From positions 326,424-390,423 of the forward strand of contig CAYGYR010000001.1 in NCBI GenBank assembly GCA_964354285.1: a stretch of DNA of 64,000 nt, read 5' to 3'. A program made the position numbers and the translations under genes. Below, one piece after another: positions 37,510 through 47,778 of this stretch (the stretch's first letter is position 1; each line of letters starts with the position of its first letter). The DNA comes from an uncultured Methanosarcinales archaeon (GTDB lineage Archaea > Nanobdellota > Nanobdellia > Woesearchaeales > ARS49). The notes under the pieces were generated by a model. That model did not search any database, was not told the origin of the DNA, and saw only the letters and a list, made by a program, of their open reading frames with translations.

Positions 37510-37872
37510 TTATTCCAAAGCATTTAGTCTTGACTCAACTTTAGACAATTCCTGCTCAAGAAGGTCAAGCTTTGACCTGGCCATCGGAATTGCTTCTCCC
37601 TTTGCTTCCTTCGCGCCTTTCTTTATCTTTGGCTTTTCAAGGCCAGAAATCTTCAAAGGAGTTGCAGGAAGATGCCCCCTTACTTTCTTGTCAAGAACAA
37701 TAAGCTCGTCAATAACTCTCTTGAGATCCACTATGTATTTCTGCTTCTCGTCACGCGCAGAAGCAAAATCATCATATTTCTTCAGGGAGTCCAGGATGCC
37801 CTTTGATGAAGTAAGCAAATCACGCCTCACTCTCACAGGATCCTTAATCCCAACAAAGAATGTCTGTTTCAT
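37510..37872 (-). CDS. coiled-coil hypothetical protein
   Basis: 120 aa, helical and charged. Last gene of a three-gene operon on the minus strand. Confidence 0.4.
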   Translation of the reverse strand: MKQTFFVGIKDPVRVRRDLLTSSKGILDSLKKYDDFASARDEKQKYIVDLKRVIDELIVLDKKVRGHLPATPLKISGLEKPKIKKGAKEAKGEAIPMARSKLDLLEQELSKVESRLNALE

Positions 37873-38096
37873 AGTTCTGGCTCAAGAAGCATTCTATCAA
37901 CATCACTGACCATTGCCGCAACATCATCCAGGTCTTTTGACCAGCTGGCAAGCTCTGCATCCTCCTGATTCTTCAGCTCATTTATCTTGCCGAGGAGGAA
38001 TTTTGCCTGGCTAAGCTTTTCCTTGATAAGGACAAGCAGGTCCATTATGTCCTTGTACTCTTCGATTTTAACGAAAACAGGAGCTTTTTGATTCAT
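37869..38096 (-). CDS. small coiled-coil hypothetical protein
   Basis: 75 aa. Overlapping start and stop with its neighbours. Confidence 0.35.
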   Translation of the reverse strand: MNQKAPVFVKIEEYKDIMDLLVLIKEKLSQAKFLLGKINELKNQEDAELASWSKDLDDVAAMVSDVDRMLLEPEL

Positions 38097-38100
38097 ATAA

Positions 38101-38658
38101 TCACCCTTGTGCTTTTTCTATTACTGCGTCAACATAAGATATTTTTTTCTCAGAGTCCTCGATCAGGCTTCTCCACCGCGCTAAAACTTTTTCTTTCTGG
38201 TTTCTTATGTCGCTGAGCCTTGTGACATGGTTCTCTGCTTCCATGAGCCTTGCCCTAATGACTTTTGTGTTGGTTGCAAGATTTTTGTACTCGTCAACAG
38301 CAACAAACATTGGCTTAATTTCCCTGGTCATCACATCTTCCCTAGTCGGAAGCGCTTCTCTCAAGGTTCTGTCAAAGATCCTGGGAGCTTCCTCTTCTGT
38401 CATATGAGGAGAGACTTCAAATTCCTCTTCTTTTTCATAAGAAGGAATTTCTGGGAAGAGATCTGCTTTCTCATACTCTGGCTTCACTTCTTCCTTTTCA
38501 TACTCTGGTTTTATTTCCTCTTCAAATTGCATTCCTGCACGTATCTGAGGAATCTCTGCCTCAGAAGGAAATGCAAATTCTGCCTCTGGCGGACTTGGAG
38601 GAGGAGGCAGTGCTATCTCCTCTGGCGCCTTTTTCTTTAAGAATCCAAATAATGTCAT
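38101..38658 (-). CDS. Pro/Glu-rich hypothetical protein
   Basis: PPPPSPPEAEFAFPSE and an EYEKEEVKPEYEK repeat, with a helical C-terminus. Confidence 0.4.
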   Translation of the reverse strand: MTLFGFLKKKAPEEIALPPPPSPPEAEFAFPSEAEIPQIRAGMQFEEEIKPEYEKEEVKPEYEKADLFPEIPSYEKEEEFEVSPHMTEEEAPRIFDRTLREALPTREDVMTREIKPMFVAVDEYKNLATNTKVIRARLMEAENHVTRLSDIRNQKEKVLARWRSLIEDSEKKISYVDAVIEKAQG

Positions 38659-38763
38659 TCTTTAAACACCCCCACCTCTGATTTTTATTTACTATTAAAA
38701 ACTTTTAGGACTATCACGGGATAGTAACAATCATTTTAATAGAGAGTTATTCTCCTAAACAGC

Positions 38764-39780
38764 ATGATTGAGGCAAAAGAGGCATCATGGTACAAGAAGC
38801 TGAAAGATAGCACCGTGCAGTGCTTCCTTTGCCCAAGAAGGTGCGTCATAAAAGAGAACACAAAGGGATTCTGCGGAGTCAGGCAGAACAAGAAAGGAAA
38901 GCTGTACTCTCTTGTTTATGGAAAGGCAACTGCAGTGCAGATAGATCCTGTTGAGAAAAAGCCTTTGTATCATTTTCTGCCAGGAAGCGCAGCATTCTCA
39001 ATAGGAACAGTCGGGTGCACCTTGATATGCCAGCACTGCCAGAACTGGACAACAAGCCAGGCAAAGCCAGGAAAATGGCACACGTATGACTTAACCCCTG
39101 AAGAAATAGTTAAGAAAGCAGTTGAGGAGCACTGCGAATCAATAGCATACACATACAATGAGCCAACTGTTTTTGCAGAATATGCTCTCGATACAGCAAA
39201 GCTTGCAAAGAAAAAAGGGATAAAAAACATCTTTGTAACAAATGGCTTTACAAATCCTGAATCATTAAAAGACATCTGCAAGCATATGGACGCAGCAAAT
39301 GTCGACCTCAAGGCATTTGACAATGAATTCTACAAAAAATACACAGGCGCATGGATGGAACCAATACTTGAAGCGCTAAAGACATACCAGGAGAAAAAAG
39401 TCTGGCTCGAGATAACAAACCTGATAATTCCCCAGCTGAATGATGATATGGAAAAGATAAGTCAGATGTGCGCTTGGATAAAAGAAAACCTCGGCCAGGA
39501 TGTTCCCCTGCATTTCAGCGCATTCTATCCTGCATACAAGCTCGAGGACATGCCGCCAACATCAGCAGCAACACTAATGGAAGCAAGAAAAATGGCAATG
39601 AAAATTGGCCTGCACTATGTCTACATCGGAAACGTCATAACAACAGCTGAAGAAAACACAATCTGCCCTAAATGCAAAAAACTGCTTATTGAGAGATCTT
39701 ACTTCAACATAATCCAGAACAACATCAAGGATGAAAAGTGCCCATACTGCAGATACAAGATAGCAGGGGTATGGAAGTAG
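38764..39780 (+). CDS. radical SAM enzyme (AmmeMemoRadiSam / PFL-activating-enzyme-like)
   Basis: CTLICQHCQNW (Cx3Cx2C). N-terminal Cys cluster CFLCPRRC..FCG. C-terminal CPKC..CPYC. Confidence 0.7.
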   Translation: MIEAKEASWYKKLKDSTVQCFLCPRRCVIKENTKGFCGVRQNKKGKLYSLVYGKATAVQIDPVEKKPLYHFLPGSAAFSIGTVGCTLICQHCQNWTTSQAKPGKWHTYDLTPEEIVKKAVEEHCESIAYTYNEPTVFAEYALDTAKLAKKKGIKNIFVTNGFTNPESLKDICKHMDAANVDLKAFDNEFYKKYTGAWMEPILEALKTYQEKKVWLEITNLIIPQLNDDMEKISQMCAWIKENLGQDVPLHFSAFYPAYKLEDMPPTSAATLMEARKMAMKIGLHYVYIGNVITTAEENTICPKCKKLLIERSYFNIIQNNIKDEKCPYCRYKIAGVWK

Positions 39781-39815
39781 TAACCTTTTTATATTACTCT
39801 AAAATCTAATTTTTC

Positions 39816-40394
39816 ATGGGAGATAATTTAGTGGTTAGGGCAATAATCCAGATGCTCGGGGCTCCAAAAGAGTATATAGAAGAGACGCTGAAGAATTACA
39901 TTGAAAAGCTCAAGAAAGAAGGCCTTCAGATAACAAAAGAGGATTATGCGCCTGCAGAAAAAGCAGGGGAATTGTTTGGTGCCTTTGTAGAGCTGGAAGT
40001 AAAATTCAATGATACTGCAGGACTGCTTGATTTCTGCTTTGACTCCATGCCAGCATCTGTTGAAATACTGGAGCCAGATGAACTTAAGTTTGAGTCAAGA
40101 ATATTAACAGGGCTGCTGAATGACATGCAGTCAAAACTTCACGAGATTGACATGATTGTGAAAAGCGTAAGAGCACAAAACAAAGTGCTTGACACAAATG
40201 CAGTAGTTGTGTTCAACAACTTCATACTTTATGTTGCAAGCAAAGAGCCTAAAACCACAGAGGAGATAGCTGCAGTCATCGGGGCAAAGCCAACACACCT
40301 CCAGCCTTTCATTAACAAGCTGGTTGATGCTGGCAAATTAAAAAAAGAGGGACAAAAATACATAAAAAATGAGCGACCTGAAGTACAGGCTTGA
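39816..40394 (+). CDS. hypothetical protein
   Basis: 192 aa. Possibly a C-terminal HTH (TTEEIAAVIGAKPTHL). Directly upstream of the scpB-like gene. Confidence 0.4.
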   Translation: MGDNLVVRAIIQMLGAPKEYIEETLKNYIEKLKKEGLQITKEDYAPAEKAGELFGAFVELEVKFNDTAGLLDFCFDSMPASVEILEPDELKFESRILTGLLNDMQSKLHEIDMIVKSVRAQNKVLDTNAVVVFNNFILYVASKEPKTTEEIAAVIGAKPTHLQPFINKLVDAGKLKKEGQKYIKNERPEVQA

Positions 40395-41625
40395 ATCAAT
40401 ACTATTCTCAGCAGGGCAGAAGATTTCACTAGAGGAACTCTCAAGGCTCACAAAAGAAAGAGACCTTGAGAGAATAAAGCAAGCCCTGCACGAGCTCAAG
40501 ATGGAGCAAGAGCAAAAAGGAAGCTCGATAATGCTGATTCAGGAAGGAGATTGCTGGAAGATGACCATCCGCGAGAAATACCTTCCATTTGTAAGAAAAA
40601 TAGTCACGCAGACAGAGCTCCCAAAATCAGTCATTGAAACACTCGCAGTGGTTGCATTCAAAGCCCCTGTCTTGCAGTCAAAAATCATCTCAATAAGGAC
40701 AAACAAGGCATACAAGCACCTTGATTTTCTTGAAGAAGACGGCTACGTAACAAGAGAGAAAAAAGGAAGGACAAAACTCATCAAGCTCACAAAAAAATTC
40801 TTTGAATACTTTGATATCCCCCCCGAGGAGCTCAAGAAAAAATTTGAAGGATTCAAGGATTTAGAGAAAGTGCTTGAGAAAAAAGAAGAGCAGCATGAAG
40901 CAGAATCTGAGAGAGCAGAAGAAATCACGGCAGCTGTTGCAAAAGAGCCAGAGGTAGACCTTGTTGCAGCAGATGGAAAAGCAGAGAAACTAAAAGTCTA
41001 TGATGAAGAGCCAAAAACAGAGGTGTTTGAGAGAGAGGAAATTCCGCCTCCGCTAGAGCTAGCAGAGGACAAGCTCGGCGAGCTAGAGACCTATGGCGAA
41101 AAAGAAAAGAAAGAAGAAAAGCACAAGAAAAAGCACAAAAAGAAAAAAGAGAAAGAAGAAAGAAAAGAAGAGGAGACTTCAGAAGCTGCTGAAGAAGGAG
41201 CAGATGAAGAGGCAGAAGAAACGCCAACAGAGGAAGAGACAGCAGAAGAAGAGCGACCCGCAGAGGAACCTGAAGAGGAAAGAATAACAGTCGAAAAAAT
41301 AGAGAAAGAAGCAGGCAAGGCAAAAACAAAACCCAAAAAATATGAATCTACTGGGCTATTCAAAGGAGAAATACCCACAGAGCTTGAAAAAAAGATTTCT
41401 AACAGAGCAGAAGAGATAGTTTATGGAGAAAAAGAAGCAGAAGAGGAAGAAACAAAAGAAGACGAGACAGAGGAAACAGAAATGCCTGAAGAAGAGCAAA
41501 CAGAAACAGCAGAAGAAACTGAAGAACCAACAGAACCAGAAGAAAATACTGAAAAGACAGAAGAACCTGAGGAAACTGAAGAAGGAACAGAACCAGAAGA
41601 ATCAACTGAAGAATCCGAAAAATGA
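40369..41625 (+). CDS. scpB: ScpB-like segregation/condensation protein with a very long acidic E/K-rich tail
   Basis: N-terminus LESILFSAGQKISLEELSRL matches the ScpB wHTH. The C-terminal ~170 aa are E/K/T low-complexity. Confidence 0.6.
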   Translation: MSDLKYRLESILFSAGQKISLEELSRLTKERDLERIKQALHELKMEQEQKGSSIMLIQEGDCWKMTIREKYLPFVRKIVTQTELPKSVIETLAVVAFKAPVLQSKIISIRTNKAYKHLDFLEEDGYVTREKKGRTKLIKLTKKFFEYFDIPPEELKKKFEGFKDLEKVLEKKEEQHEAESERAEEITAAVAKEPEVDLVAADGKAEKLKVYDEEPKTEVFEREEIPPPLELAEDKLGELETYGEKEKKEEKHKKKHKKKKEKEERKEEETSEAAEEGADEEAEETPTEEETAEEERPAEEPEEERITVEKIEKEAGKAKTKPKKYESTGLFKGEIPTELEKKISNRAEEIVYGEKEAEEEETKEDETEETEMPEEEQTETAEETEEPTEPEENTEKTEEPEETEEGTEPEESTEESEK

Positions 41626-41768
41626 TGCTGCTTCTAAGATGCCCGCAGTGCAAGAACGAGATGAAATACCAGACAAACAGCACTCTTCTGAAAAACAAAA
41701 GAAAAACATGCGTCTACTGCGGCAAGAACTTCAAGATAGGAAATTATGTTGCCAGAAGACTAGAGTAA
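41622..41768 (+). CDS. small zinc-ribbon protein (48 aa; possibly RpoP-like)
   Basis: Read by hand: MMLLLRCPQCKNEMKYQTNSTLLKNKRKTCVYCGKNFKIGNYVARRLE. Its ATG overlaps the scpB stop (ATGA). Absent from the track because it is under 60 aa. Confidence 0.4.
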   Translation: MMLLLRCPQCKNEMKYQTNSTLLKNKRKTCVYCGKNFKIGNYVARRLE

Positions 41769-41984
41769 AACTTTATAAACCGCTTTCTTTTACGCATCTT
41801 TAATATGTCAGAAATATACCACTGGTCTGTATGACCAGTGGACAACATCCACATCTTTTTGCAGAAGGTGGTATATTTCTGAGCATGCTCAAAAGACGGC
41901 AGGGGTGAGCGAAGCGAACATGCCACCAGTCTGTTGACTGGTGGTCCCCTGCCGTTTTTGACACAAGAATGGGGGAGTGCTAAA

Positions 41985-42650
41985 ATGGAAACAACTTTAC
42001 AAGCAAAGCTTGACAAGCCGCTGGCAACAAAAACAGAGTTCAGTGAGTGTGCAAATAAGTTTAAAGCAATTGCAATTGTAGAACACCTTCTGCAATTCAA
42101 TGTACTTGCTGAATCAAGTTATAATCCGCAGGAAATGTATGGCCTTTCCAGAAAAATATTCAAGCAAAATAACGCAATATTTGATTATTCCAGACATAGT
42201 GCAGGGGCAGAACAAGTTATTTGCGATTTAATTTTAGACGATGAACGCACGCTGAAACTTTCTTTTCTTAATCCTGAACAAGGAGGAACATTAATGCTAC
42301 TAAGAGATTTTACTGGCGCACCAGCAACTGCAAAACAGCCCACTCTTGAACTTTATTTGCATTCAAACAAAAAAGGAATCTTCGGCATGTACGCTGTTGA
42401 TTTTGGACTTAGCGGAGAGCCAAATTTCTTTGCAACACTTGACGGAAAAAATCCAGTTACAATACGCAGAAGCAATTACGGAGAGCCTGTGCCAGACGAT
42501 GTTACAAACGCATATGCTAAACTTCTTGATTTAGCATATACTGAGCTGGTAGTTAGCCCGATAAAACACTGCGAGTCAATTGAAAAAGAACTTTCTGAAG
42601 CCAGAAAATCAGTATGGCAGAAGCTCAAAGAGAAAATGCGAAAAAAATAA
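41985..42650 (+). CDS. hypothetical protein
   Basis: ORF trimmed to the METTLQAKL start. No motif recognised. Confidence 0.4.
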   Translation: METTLQAKLDKPLATKTEFSECANKFKAIAIVEHLLQFNVLAESSYNPQEMYGLSRKIFKQNNAIFDYSRHSAGAEQVICDLILDDERTLKLSFLNPEQGGTLMLLRDFTGAPATAKQPTLELYLHSNKKGIFGMYAVDFGLSGEPNFFATLDGKNPVTIRRSNYGEPVPDDVTNAYAKLLDLAYTELVVSPIKHCESIEKELSEARKSVWQKLKEKMRKK

Positions 42651-42793
42651 ATTTTATTTACCTTTTTTCTCGACGGGCCAAAACCCCTGAAAACTGCCTT
42701 TATAGCTCTTATAACCCTTGTTTTCAAGCAAAAGGTTTATAAACAAGCAGCATTTCTTTTTTATTAGAGAAAAACTGTTTTCTCGACTATAAA

Positions 42794-45274
42794 ATGGATG
42801 ATTCCAACGCAGAAAAAACAGAAAAACAAGAAGAAAAAATCATTCAAAGAGTGATTGAAGACGAGATGCAGACTTCTTACCTAGATTACTCTATGTCAGT
42901 CATAGTTGGAAGAGCCCTGCCAGATGTAAAAGACGGGCTAAAGCCAGTGCACAGAAGAGTTCTCTACGCAATGTATGAGCTGGGCGTGCTGCACAACAAG
43001 CCATTCAAGAAATCAGCAAGAATCGTCGGAGACTGCATGGGTAAATACCACCCGCACGGCGATGCAGCAGTCTATGACTCTATGGTAAGGATGGCGCAAT
43101 CTTTCTCACTAAGATATCCCCTTGTTGAAGGACAAGGAAATTTTGGATCAGTTGATGGGGATTCTCCTGCTGCAATGAGGTACACAGAAGCAAGGCTAAA
43201 CAAGATTGCAGAAGAGATACTGCAAGACCTTGACAAGGAAACAGTGCCTTTTGTCCCAAATTTTGACGGCAGCCTGAAAGAGCCAGTTGTGCTCCCATCA
43301 AAAATACCTAACTTGCTGATCAATGGAAGCTCTGGAATCGCAGTTGGAATGGCAACAAACATACCGCCGCACAACATGCTAGAGATTTGCGATGGTGCAA
43401 TAAAAGTAATAGAGCATCCGACCGCAACACCAGAAGAACTGTTGCCAATCATAAAAGGGCCTGATTTCCCAACAGGTGGAATAATCTGCGGGAGCTCAGG
43501 GATAAGAGATGCATACAGGACAGGCAAAGGAAAACTCATTGTCCGCGCAAAAATAGCTGTTGAGGAAACAAAAAAGAAAACAGGCCTCATAATAACAGAG
43601 ATACCCTACCAAGTAAACAAGGCACAACTTGTTGAAGAAATAGCCAACCTTGTAAGAGACAAAAAAATTATCGGCATCTCTGACTTAAGGGATGAAAGCG
43701 ACAAAGACGGATTGAGAATAGCCATAGAACTGAAAACAGGGGCAAATTCAGACATAGTAATAAACCAATTAATGAAACACACAAGGCTCCAGACAACTTT
43801 CGGAATCACAATGCTTGCTCTTGTCAACAACGAGCCAAGAACACTCAACATAAAAGAGCTCCTTGAGGAATTCATAAAACACAGGCAACTGGTTGTAAGA
43901 AACAGGACGCAATTTGAGCTCACTGAGGCAAGCGACAAAGCACACCTCCTGGAAGGCCTGATAATAGCTCTTGACAACATTGACCCTGTGATAAAACTCA
44001 TCAAGGCAGCAAAGAGCGCGATAGAGGCAAAACAGGGGCTTGTTCAAGATTACAAGCTATCTGAAAAACAAGCACAGGCCATACTTGATATGAAACTCCA
44101 GCGCTTGACAAGCCTTGAGCAGGACAAGATAAGAGAGGAGCATAAATGCCTCCTGAAGCTGATTGAGCAATTAAAAGAAATTCTTGGAAGCGAGCCAAAA
44201 ATACTTGGCATAATCAAGAGCGAGCTGATTGAGGTAAAGCAAAAATACGGAGACCAAAGAAAAACACAAATTATGGAGACAGAGGCGCAAAGGCTTGAGG
44301 AGGAAGAGCTCATAAAGCCAGAATCAATGACAGTAACACTCACGCACGCAGGCTACGTAAAGAGACAGCCGCTAGAAAGCTACAAGCTGCAAAGAAGGGG
44401 GGGGATGGGCGTTGTCGGGATGGAAACAAAAGAGACTGACTTTGTAGAGGAATTATTTGTAGCCAACACGCACGATCATGTTTTGTTCTTCACAAACAAA
44501 GGAAAAGTGCATTGGCTTAAAGTCTACCAGATACCAGAGGCAGGAAGGTATGCAAAAGGAACAGCAATCGTGAACATTCTGGCTTTGGAGAAAGACGAGA
44601 AAATAACATCATTCATCGCGGTGCCTGGCTTCAACCCTGCGCAGTACTTATTAATGATTACCAAAAAAGGAACAGTCAAAAAGACTTCGCTTGAGGAATT
44701 CTCAAACCCAAGGAAAGGGGGCATAGCTGCAATAAGCCTTGATGCTGCTGACGAGCTAATAGAAGTCCTGCTGACAGACGGAACAAAACAAGTAATCATC
44801 GCAACAGAGCAGGGGATGGCAGTCCATTTCAATGAAGAGGACGTAAGGTCAATGGGAAGAACAGCACAGGGAGTGATAGGAATAAGGCTCAGGCAAGATG
44901 ACAATGTAATAGGCGCAGTTGTTGCCGAAAAAGAAAAAACAATCCTCACAGTAACAGAGCTAGGATATGGCAAAAGAACAGACGTCCAAGAGTACAGGAT
45001 AATAAGCAGAGGCGGAGTGGGAGTGCAGAACATCAAAGTAACTGACAAAAATGGGAAAGCAGTTGCAGTGCAGGCAGTAAAAGATGATGACGAACTAATG
45101 CTAATAAGCCAGAACGGAATAATCATAAGAACACCAGCAAGCGGCATAAGCCTAATAGGAAGGGCAACGCAAGGAGTCAGGGTAATGAAGCTAGATCCGG
45201 GAGACAAGGTAGTTTCAGCGGCAAAAATCGCAAAAGAAGAGCCAGCAGATGAAGGGAATAGCACTAACCAATAA
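42794..45274 (+). CDS. gyrA: DNA gyrase subunit A
   Basis: [27 protein letters not shown] (active-site region). 826 aa with C-terminal beta-pinwheel repeats. Confidence 0.9.
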   Translation: MDDSNAEKTEKQEEKIIQRVIEDEMQTSYLDYSMSVIVGRALPDVKDGLKPVHRRVLYAMYELGVLHNKPFKKSARIVGDCMGKYHPHGDAAVYDSMVRMAQSFSLRYPLVEGQGNFGSVDGDSPAAMRYTEARLNKIAEEILQDLDKETVPFVPNFDGSLKEPVVLPSKIPNLLINGSSGIAVGMATNIPPHNMLEICDGAIKVIEHPTATPEELLPIIKGPDFPTGGIICGSSGIRDAYRTGKGKLIVRAKIAVEETKKKTGLIITEIPYQVNKAQLVEEIANLVRDKKIIGISDLRDESDKDGLRIAIELKTGANSDIVINQLMKHTRLQTTFGITMLALVNNEPRTLNIKELLEEFIKHRQLVVRNRTQFELTEASDKAHLLEGLIIALDNIDPVIKLIKAAKSAIEAKQGLVQDYKLSEKQAQAILDMKLQRLTSLEQDKIREEHKCLLKLIEQLKEILGSEPKILGIIKSELIEVKQKYGDQRKTQIMETEAQRLEEEELIKPESMTVTLTHAGYVKRQPLESYKLQRRGGMGVVGMETKETDFVEELFVANTHDHVLFFTNKGKVHWLKVYQIPEAGRYAKGTAIVNILALEKDEKITSFIAVPGFNPAQYLLMITKKGTVKKTSLEEFSNPRKGGIAAISLDAADELIEVLLTDGTKQVIIATEQGMAVHFNEEDVRSMGRTAQGVIGIRLRQDDNVIGAVVAEKEKTILTVTELGYGKRTDVQEYRIISRGGVGVQNIKVTDKNGKAVAVQAVKDDDELMLISQNGIIIRTPASGISLIGRATQGVRVMKLDPGDKVVSAAKIAKEEPADEGNSTNQ

Positions 45275-46328
45275 AGGCATAGAAGATATTTCTGCACTTG
45301 AGATTAAAGAGATAATAAGTGCTGATTCGCAAACAAAAGAAGGATTTGTTGTTTTTGAATTCAACGATTTCAAGGAATTATTCAAGCTAAGCTATTCTTC
45401 ACAGTCACTTAACAGAGCACTGTATGCCCTTGGCAGATTCAAAAAAGACAAGCTAGAAGAGATATCAAAACTGGATTTCAAGGAGTGGCTTTGCGGCAAA
45501 ACATTTGCAGTTGAATGCGAGGAGAATGAACTTAAAGCAGAAATAGGGAAGCACATTCCAGGAAAAGTAAATCTTGCAAAGCCAGACATAACATTCTATG
45601 CGATCCTTGACGGAAATGAAGTTTATCTCTGCATTGATTTCTCAGAAGACATAGGCAAAAAGCAGTACAGGATATTCATGGGCTCAGAAACACTAAAATC
45701 AGGAAACGCGTATGCCCTTCTGAGAATAGCAGGATATGATGCAAAAAAAGTGATTATTGACCCTTTTTGCAGGGCAGGCATAATAGCAATCGAGGCAGCA
45801 CTCTACGCATGCAAGCTAAGCCAGAGCTTCTTCAACAAACAAGATTTTCCATTCGTGCATTTTACCAAGTTTTCTGATTTTGATTTTGAGAAATTCTTTG
45901 CAGCAATTGACAAGCAAAGCAATCTTGAGAAAGAGACAAGCATACAAGCAAGTGACAGGGCCTTCAACAATGTACAGGCAGCAAAAAAGAACGCAAAAAT
46001 AGCAGGAGTAATCAAAAAAATAGATTTCAGCAAGACAGACCTAGAAAACCTTGAGATAAAGTTCAGCGAGAAATCTGTTGACTTGATTGTTACAGAGCCA
46101 ATACAGCCATCAAAAGCAATTGCAGAAAAGCTTACTGACAAGATTTACAAGGAGTTATTTAACCAGGCAGATTTCATCCTTAAAGAAAAAGGAGTTGTTG
46201 CACTGATTGTGAAATCAGGTGTTGAGCAATTAAAGAAATGGGCTAGTGAGTACAAGTTTAAATGCGCCGCAGAGCGAAAGCTAATGCAGGGAAAAGAAGC
46301 TTGGACAATATTAAAATTTGCAAAATAA
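45249..46328 (+). CDS. THUMP-domain RNA methyltransferase (Trm14/TrmN-like)
   Basis: N-terminal THUMP-like region. [18 protein letters not shown] motif I. IVTEP motif. Confidence 0.6.
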   Translation: MKGIALTNKGIEDISALEIKEIISADSQTKEGFVVFEFNDFKELFKLSYSSQSLNRALYALGRFKKDKLEEISKLDFKEWLCGKTFAVECEENELKAEIGKHIPGKVNLAKPDITFYAILDGNEVYLCIDFSEDIGKKQYRIFMGSETLKSGNAYALLRIAGYDAKKVIIDPFCRAGIIAIEAALYACKLSQSFFNKQDFPFVHFTKFSDFDFEKFFAAIDKQSNLEKETSIQASDRAFNNVQAAKKNAKIAGVIKKIDFSKTDLENLEIKFSEKSVDLIVTEPIQPSKAIAEKLTDKIYKELFNQADFILKEKGVVALIVKSGVEQLKKWASEYKFKCAAERKLMQGKEAWTILKFAK

Positions 46329-46392
46329 TCATTTTCTGATGCGCCTCGCGCTTTTTGCTGCCCGAATCTGTATCTTATTCATTTTTGCCGCT

Positions 46393-46683
46393 TTAGTAAG
46401 AATTTGTTGGCCCTGGCTTTTTGTCTTCCTTTTTGTAGAAGGAATCAACAATCCCATGAAGGGTGTTCTGAGCCATTGCTGCAAGGCTTGCTGCGCATGT
46501 CGCAGCGCCAATGAGCTTTGCTACAGCAGCATACTCTGGCATTGTGGCGTATTTGAAAAACTCCGCCATTGTTTCATTATCTAAGGAAACACCAGTAAGA
46601 TAAGCAGTTGTTCCTAGCACTAATGCTGTAATTCCTTTTTTAGCTACGTCTTTGTTCATTTTGTCATCACCCTTAGTAACCAT
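46393..46683 (-). CDS. small hypothetical protein
   Basis: 96-aa ORF. Weak hydrophobic segment. Confidence 0.3.
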   Translation of the reverse strand: MVTKGDDKMNKDVAKKGITALVLGTTAYLTGVSLDNETMAEFFKYATMPEYAAVAKLIGAATCAASLAAMAQNTLHGIVDSFYKKEDKKPGPTNSY

Positions 46684-46865
46684 CTAAGAGAAGGTAGTAT
46701 ATAAACCTTTCTATTTTATTCACTCCTGAGTAGTAAAATAGCTCTGGAAGGGCTGCAGGCTGTGTTTTCTGCCCTCTAAAACCCATGAATTCAAGCCCTA
46801 CAGCCTTTTTAAAGGCAGTTTCCCAGCGATAGCTTTATATATCCCTGAGTAATACTATTTTACAG

Positions 46866-47210
46866 GGTTGGGAAAGCACTTGACTGACGGTCCTTATTCT
46901 TAAGGGCTGAGGAAAGTCTACCCACCGCAAAAGGCCACTTTCGGAAGGAAGGCCCAGTAATGGGCGGCAACATCACAGAAACGAAACGGCCCTTATTCGC
47001 TATGATGCTGAGAAGCTTCTGGCAACAGAAGTCAGCTAACCAGCTGAGTTTGCTTAAGGGATGCGTTGAAACGGATAGGACTGGCCGGTGCAAGCACAGA
47101 ACGTGCGCTTAGTAAAATGTCAAGACAGCCCGTCCACAACAGGTAAAACTGTTGGCATCGAAAAATATCGGTGCTTAAAGGGGGCTGACAAAAGGTAGCT
47201 TACGCTTGCC
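46866..47210 (+). ncRNA. rnpB: RNase P RNA (ends approximate)
   Basis: GGGCTGAGGAAAGTCTACC (P4 5' strand). ACAGAAACGAAACGGCCC. GCACAGAACGTGCGCTTAG (ACAGAA..GCTTA P4 3' strand). TTTATATA box at 46833-46840. Confidence 0.65.
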
Positions 47211-47248
47211 CAACTCTACTTACTTTCAAAACAACTAGGTCGATAAAA

Positions 47249-47425
47249 ATGAGCGATAAAAAAGTAAACATGCCTGCGAGCACAGCAGGGTTAACAAGAT
47301 TTTTTGAGGACTACAGAAGCAAGATAGAGTTCAAACCAGGCCACGTGATAATACTCGCGGTCGTAATCATGCTGATAACAATTGCCTTGCATGTCTACGG
47401 AAGCGCGCTGCTAGGCCTGAGCTAA
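47249..47425 (+). CDS. secG: preprotein translocase subunit Sec61beta
   Basis: Read by hand: MSDKKVNMPASTAGLTRFFEDY..., with the AGL(T/M)R(Y/F)F motif and a C-terminal TM anchor. 58 aa. Confidence 0.65.
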   Translation: MSDKKVNMPASTAGLTRFFEDYRSKIEFKPGHVIILAVVIMLITIALHVYGSALLGLS

Positions 47426-47429
47426 GAAC

Positions 47430-47768
47430 ATGATTCCAGGAATGAATTCTAGGGACATGGCCAAAGCCATGAAGCGACTGGGAATACAGCAGGTTGAGAT
47501 AGATGCAAAAGAAGTCATAGTGAAGACAGCTGACAAGGAGCTTGTTTTCAAAAACCCGAAGGTAAGCAAGGTAAACCTCATGGGCCAGGAAACATTCCAG
47601 ATAATCGGAAAGCCCGAGGAAAGGCCTCTGCAGTCAGAGCCTGAGATAAGCGAAGAGGACATCCAGACAGTCATGGACCAGACTGGCGCGAATCATGACG
47701 ACTGCCTCGAGGCAATAAAACAGAACAAAGGAGACCTTGCTGCCGCGATACTTCAACTAAAAAGCTAA
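47430..47768 (+). CDS. nac: nascent polypeptide-associated complex protein (NAC alpha)
   Basis: AMKRLGIQQVEIDAKEVIVKTADKELVFKNPKV NAC domain. C-terminal UBA-like (HDDCLEAIKQNKGDLAAAIL). Confidence 0.8.
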   Translation: MIPGMNSRDMAKAMKRLGIQQVEIDAKEVIVKTADKELVFKNPKVSKVNLMGQETFQIIGKPEERPLQSEPEISEEDIQTVMDQTGANHDDCLEAIKQNKGDLAAAILQLKS

Positions 47769-47778
47769 GGTAAAAAAA

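Noticed and set aside
41093-41803. K/R-rich ORFs (64 aa and 126 aa) in alternative frames of the scpB tail
   Set aside because: They are frame-shifted readings of the GAA/AAG low-complexity repeat that encodes the acidic ScpB tail.
44524-45297. 257-aa minus-strand ORF
   Set aside because: It is antisense within gyrA. It has low complexity and no motifs.
46860-47093. 77-aa minus-strand ORF
   Set aside because: It lies entirely inside the RNase P RNA gene, which carries the GAGGAAAGTC and ACAGAA..GCTTA motifs on the plus strand.
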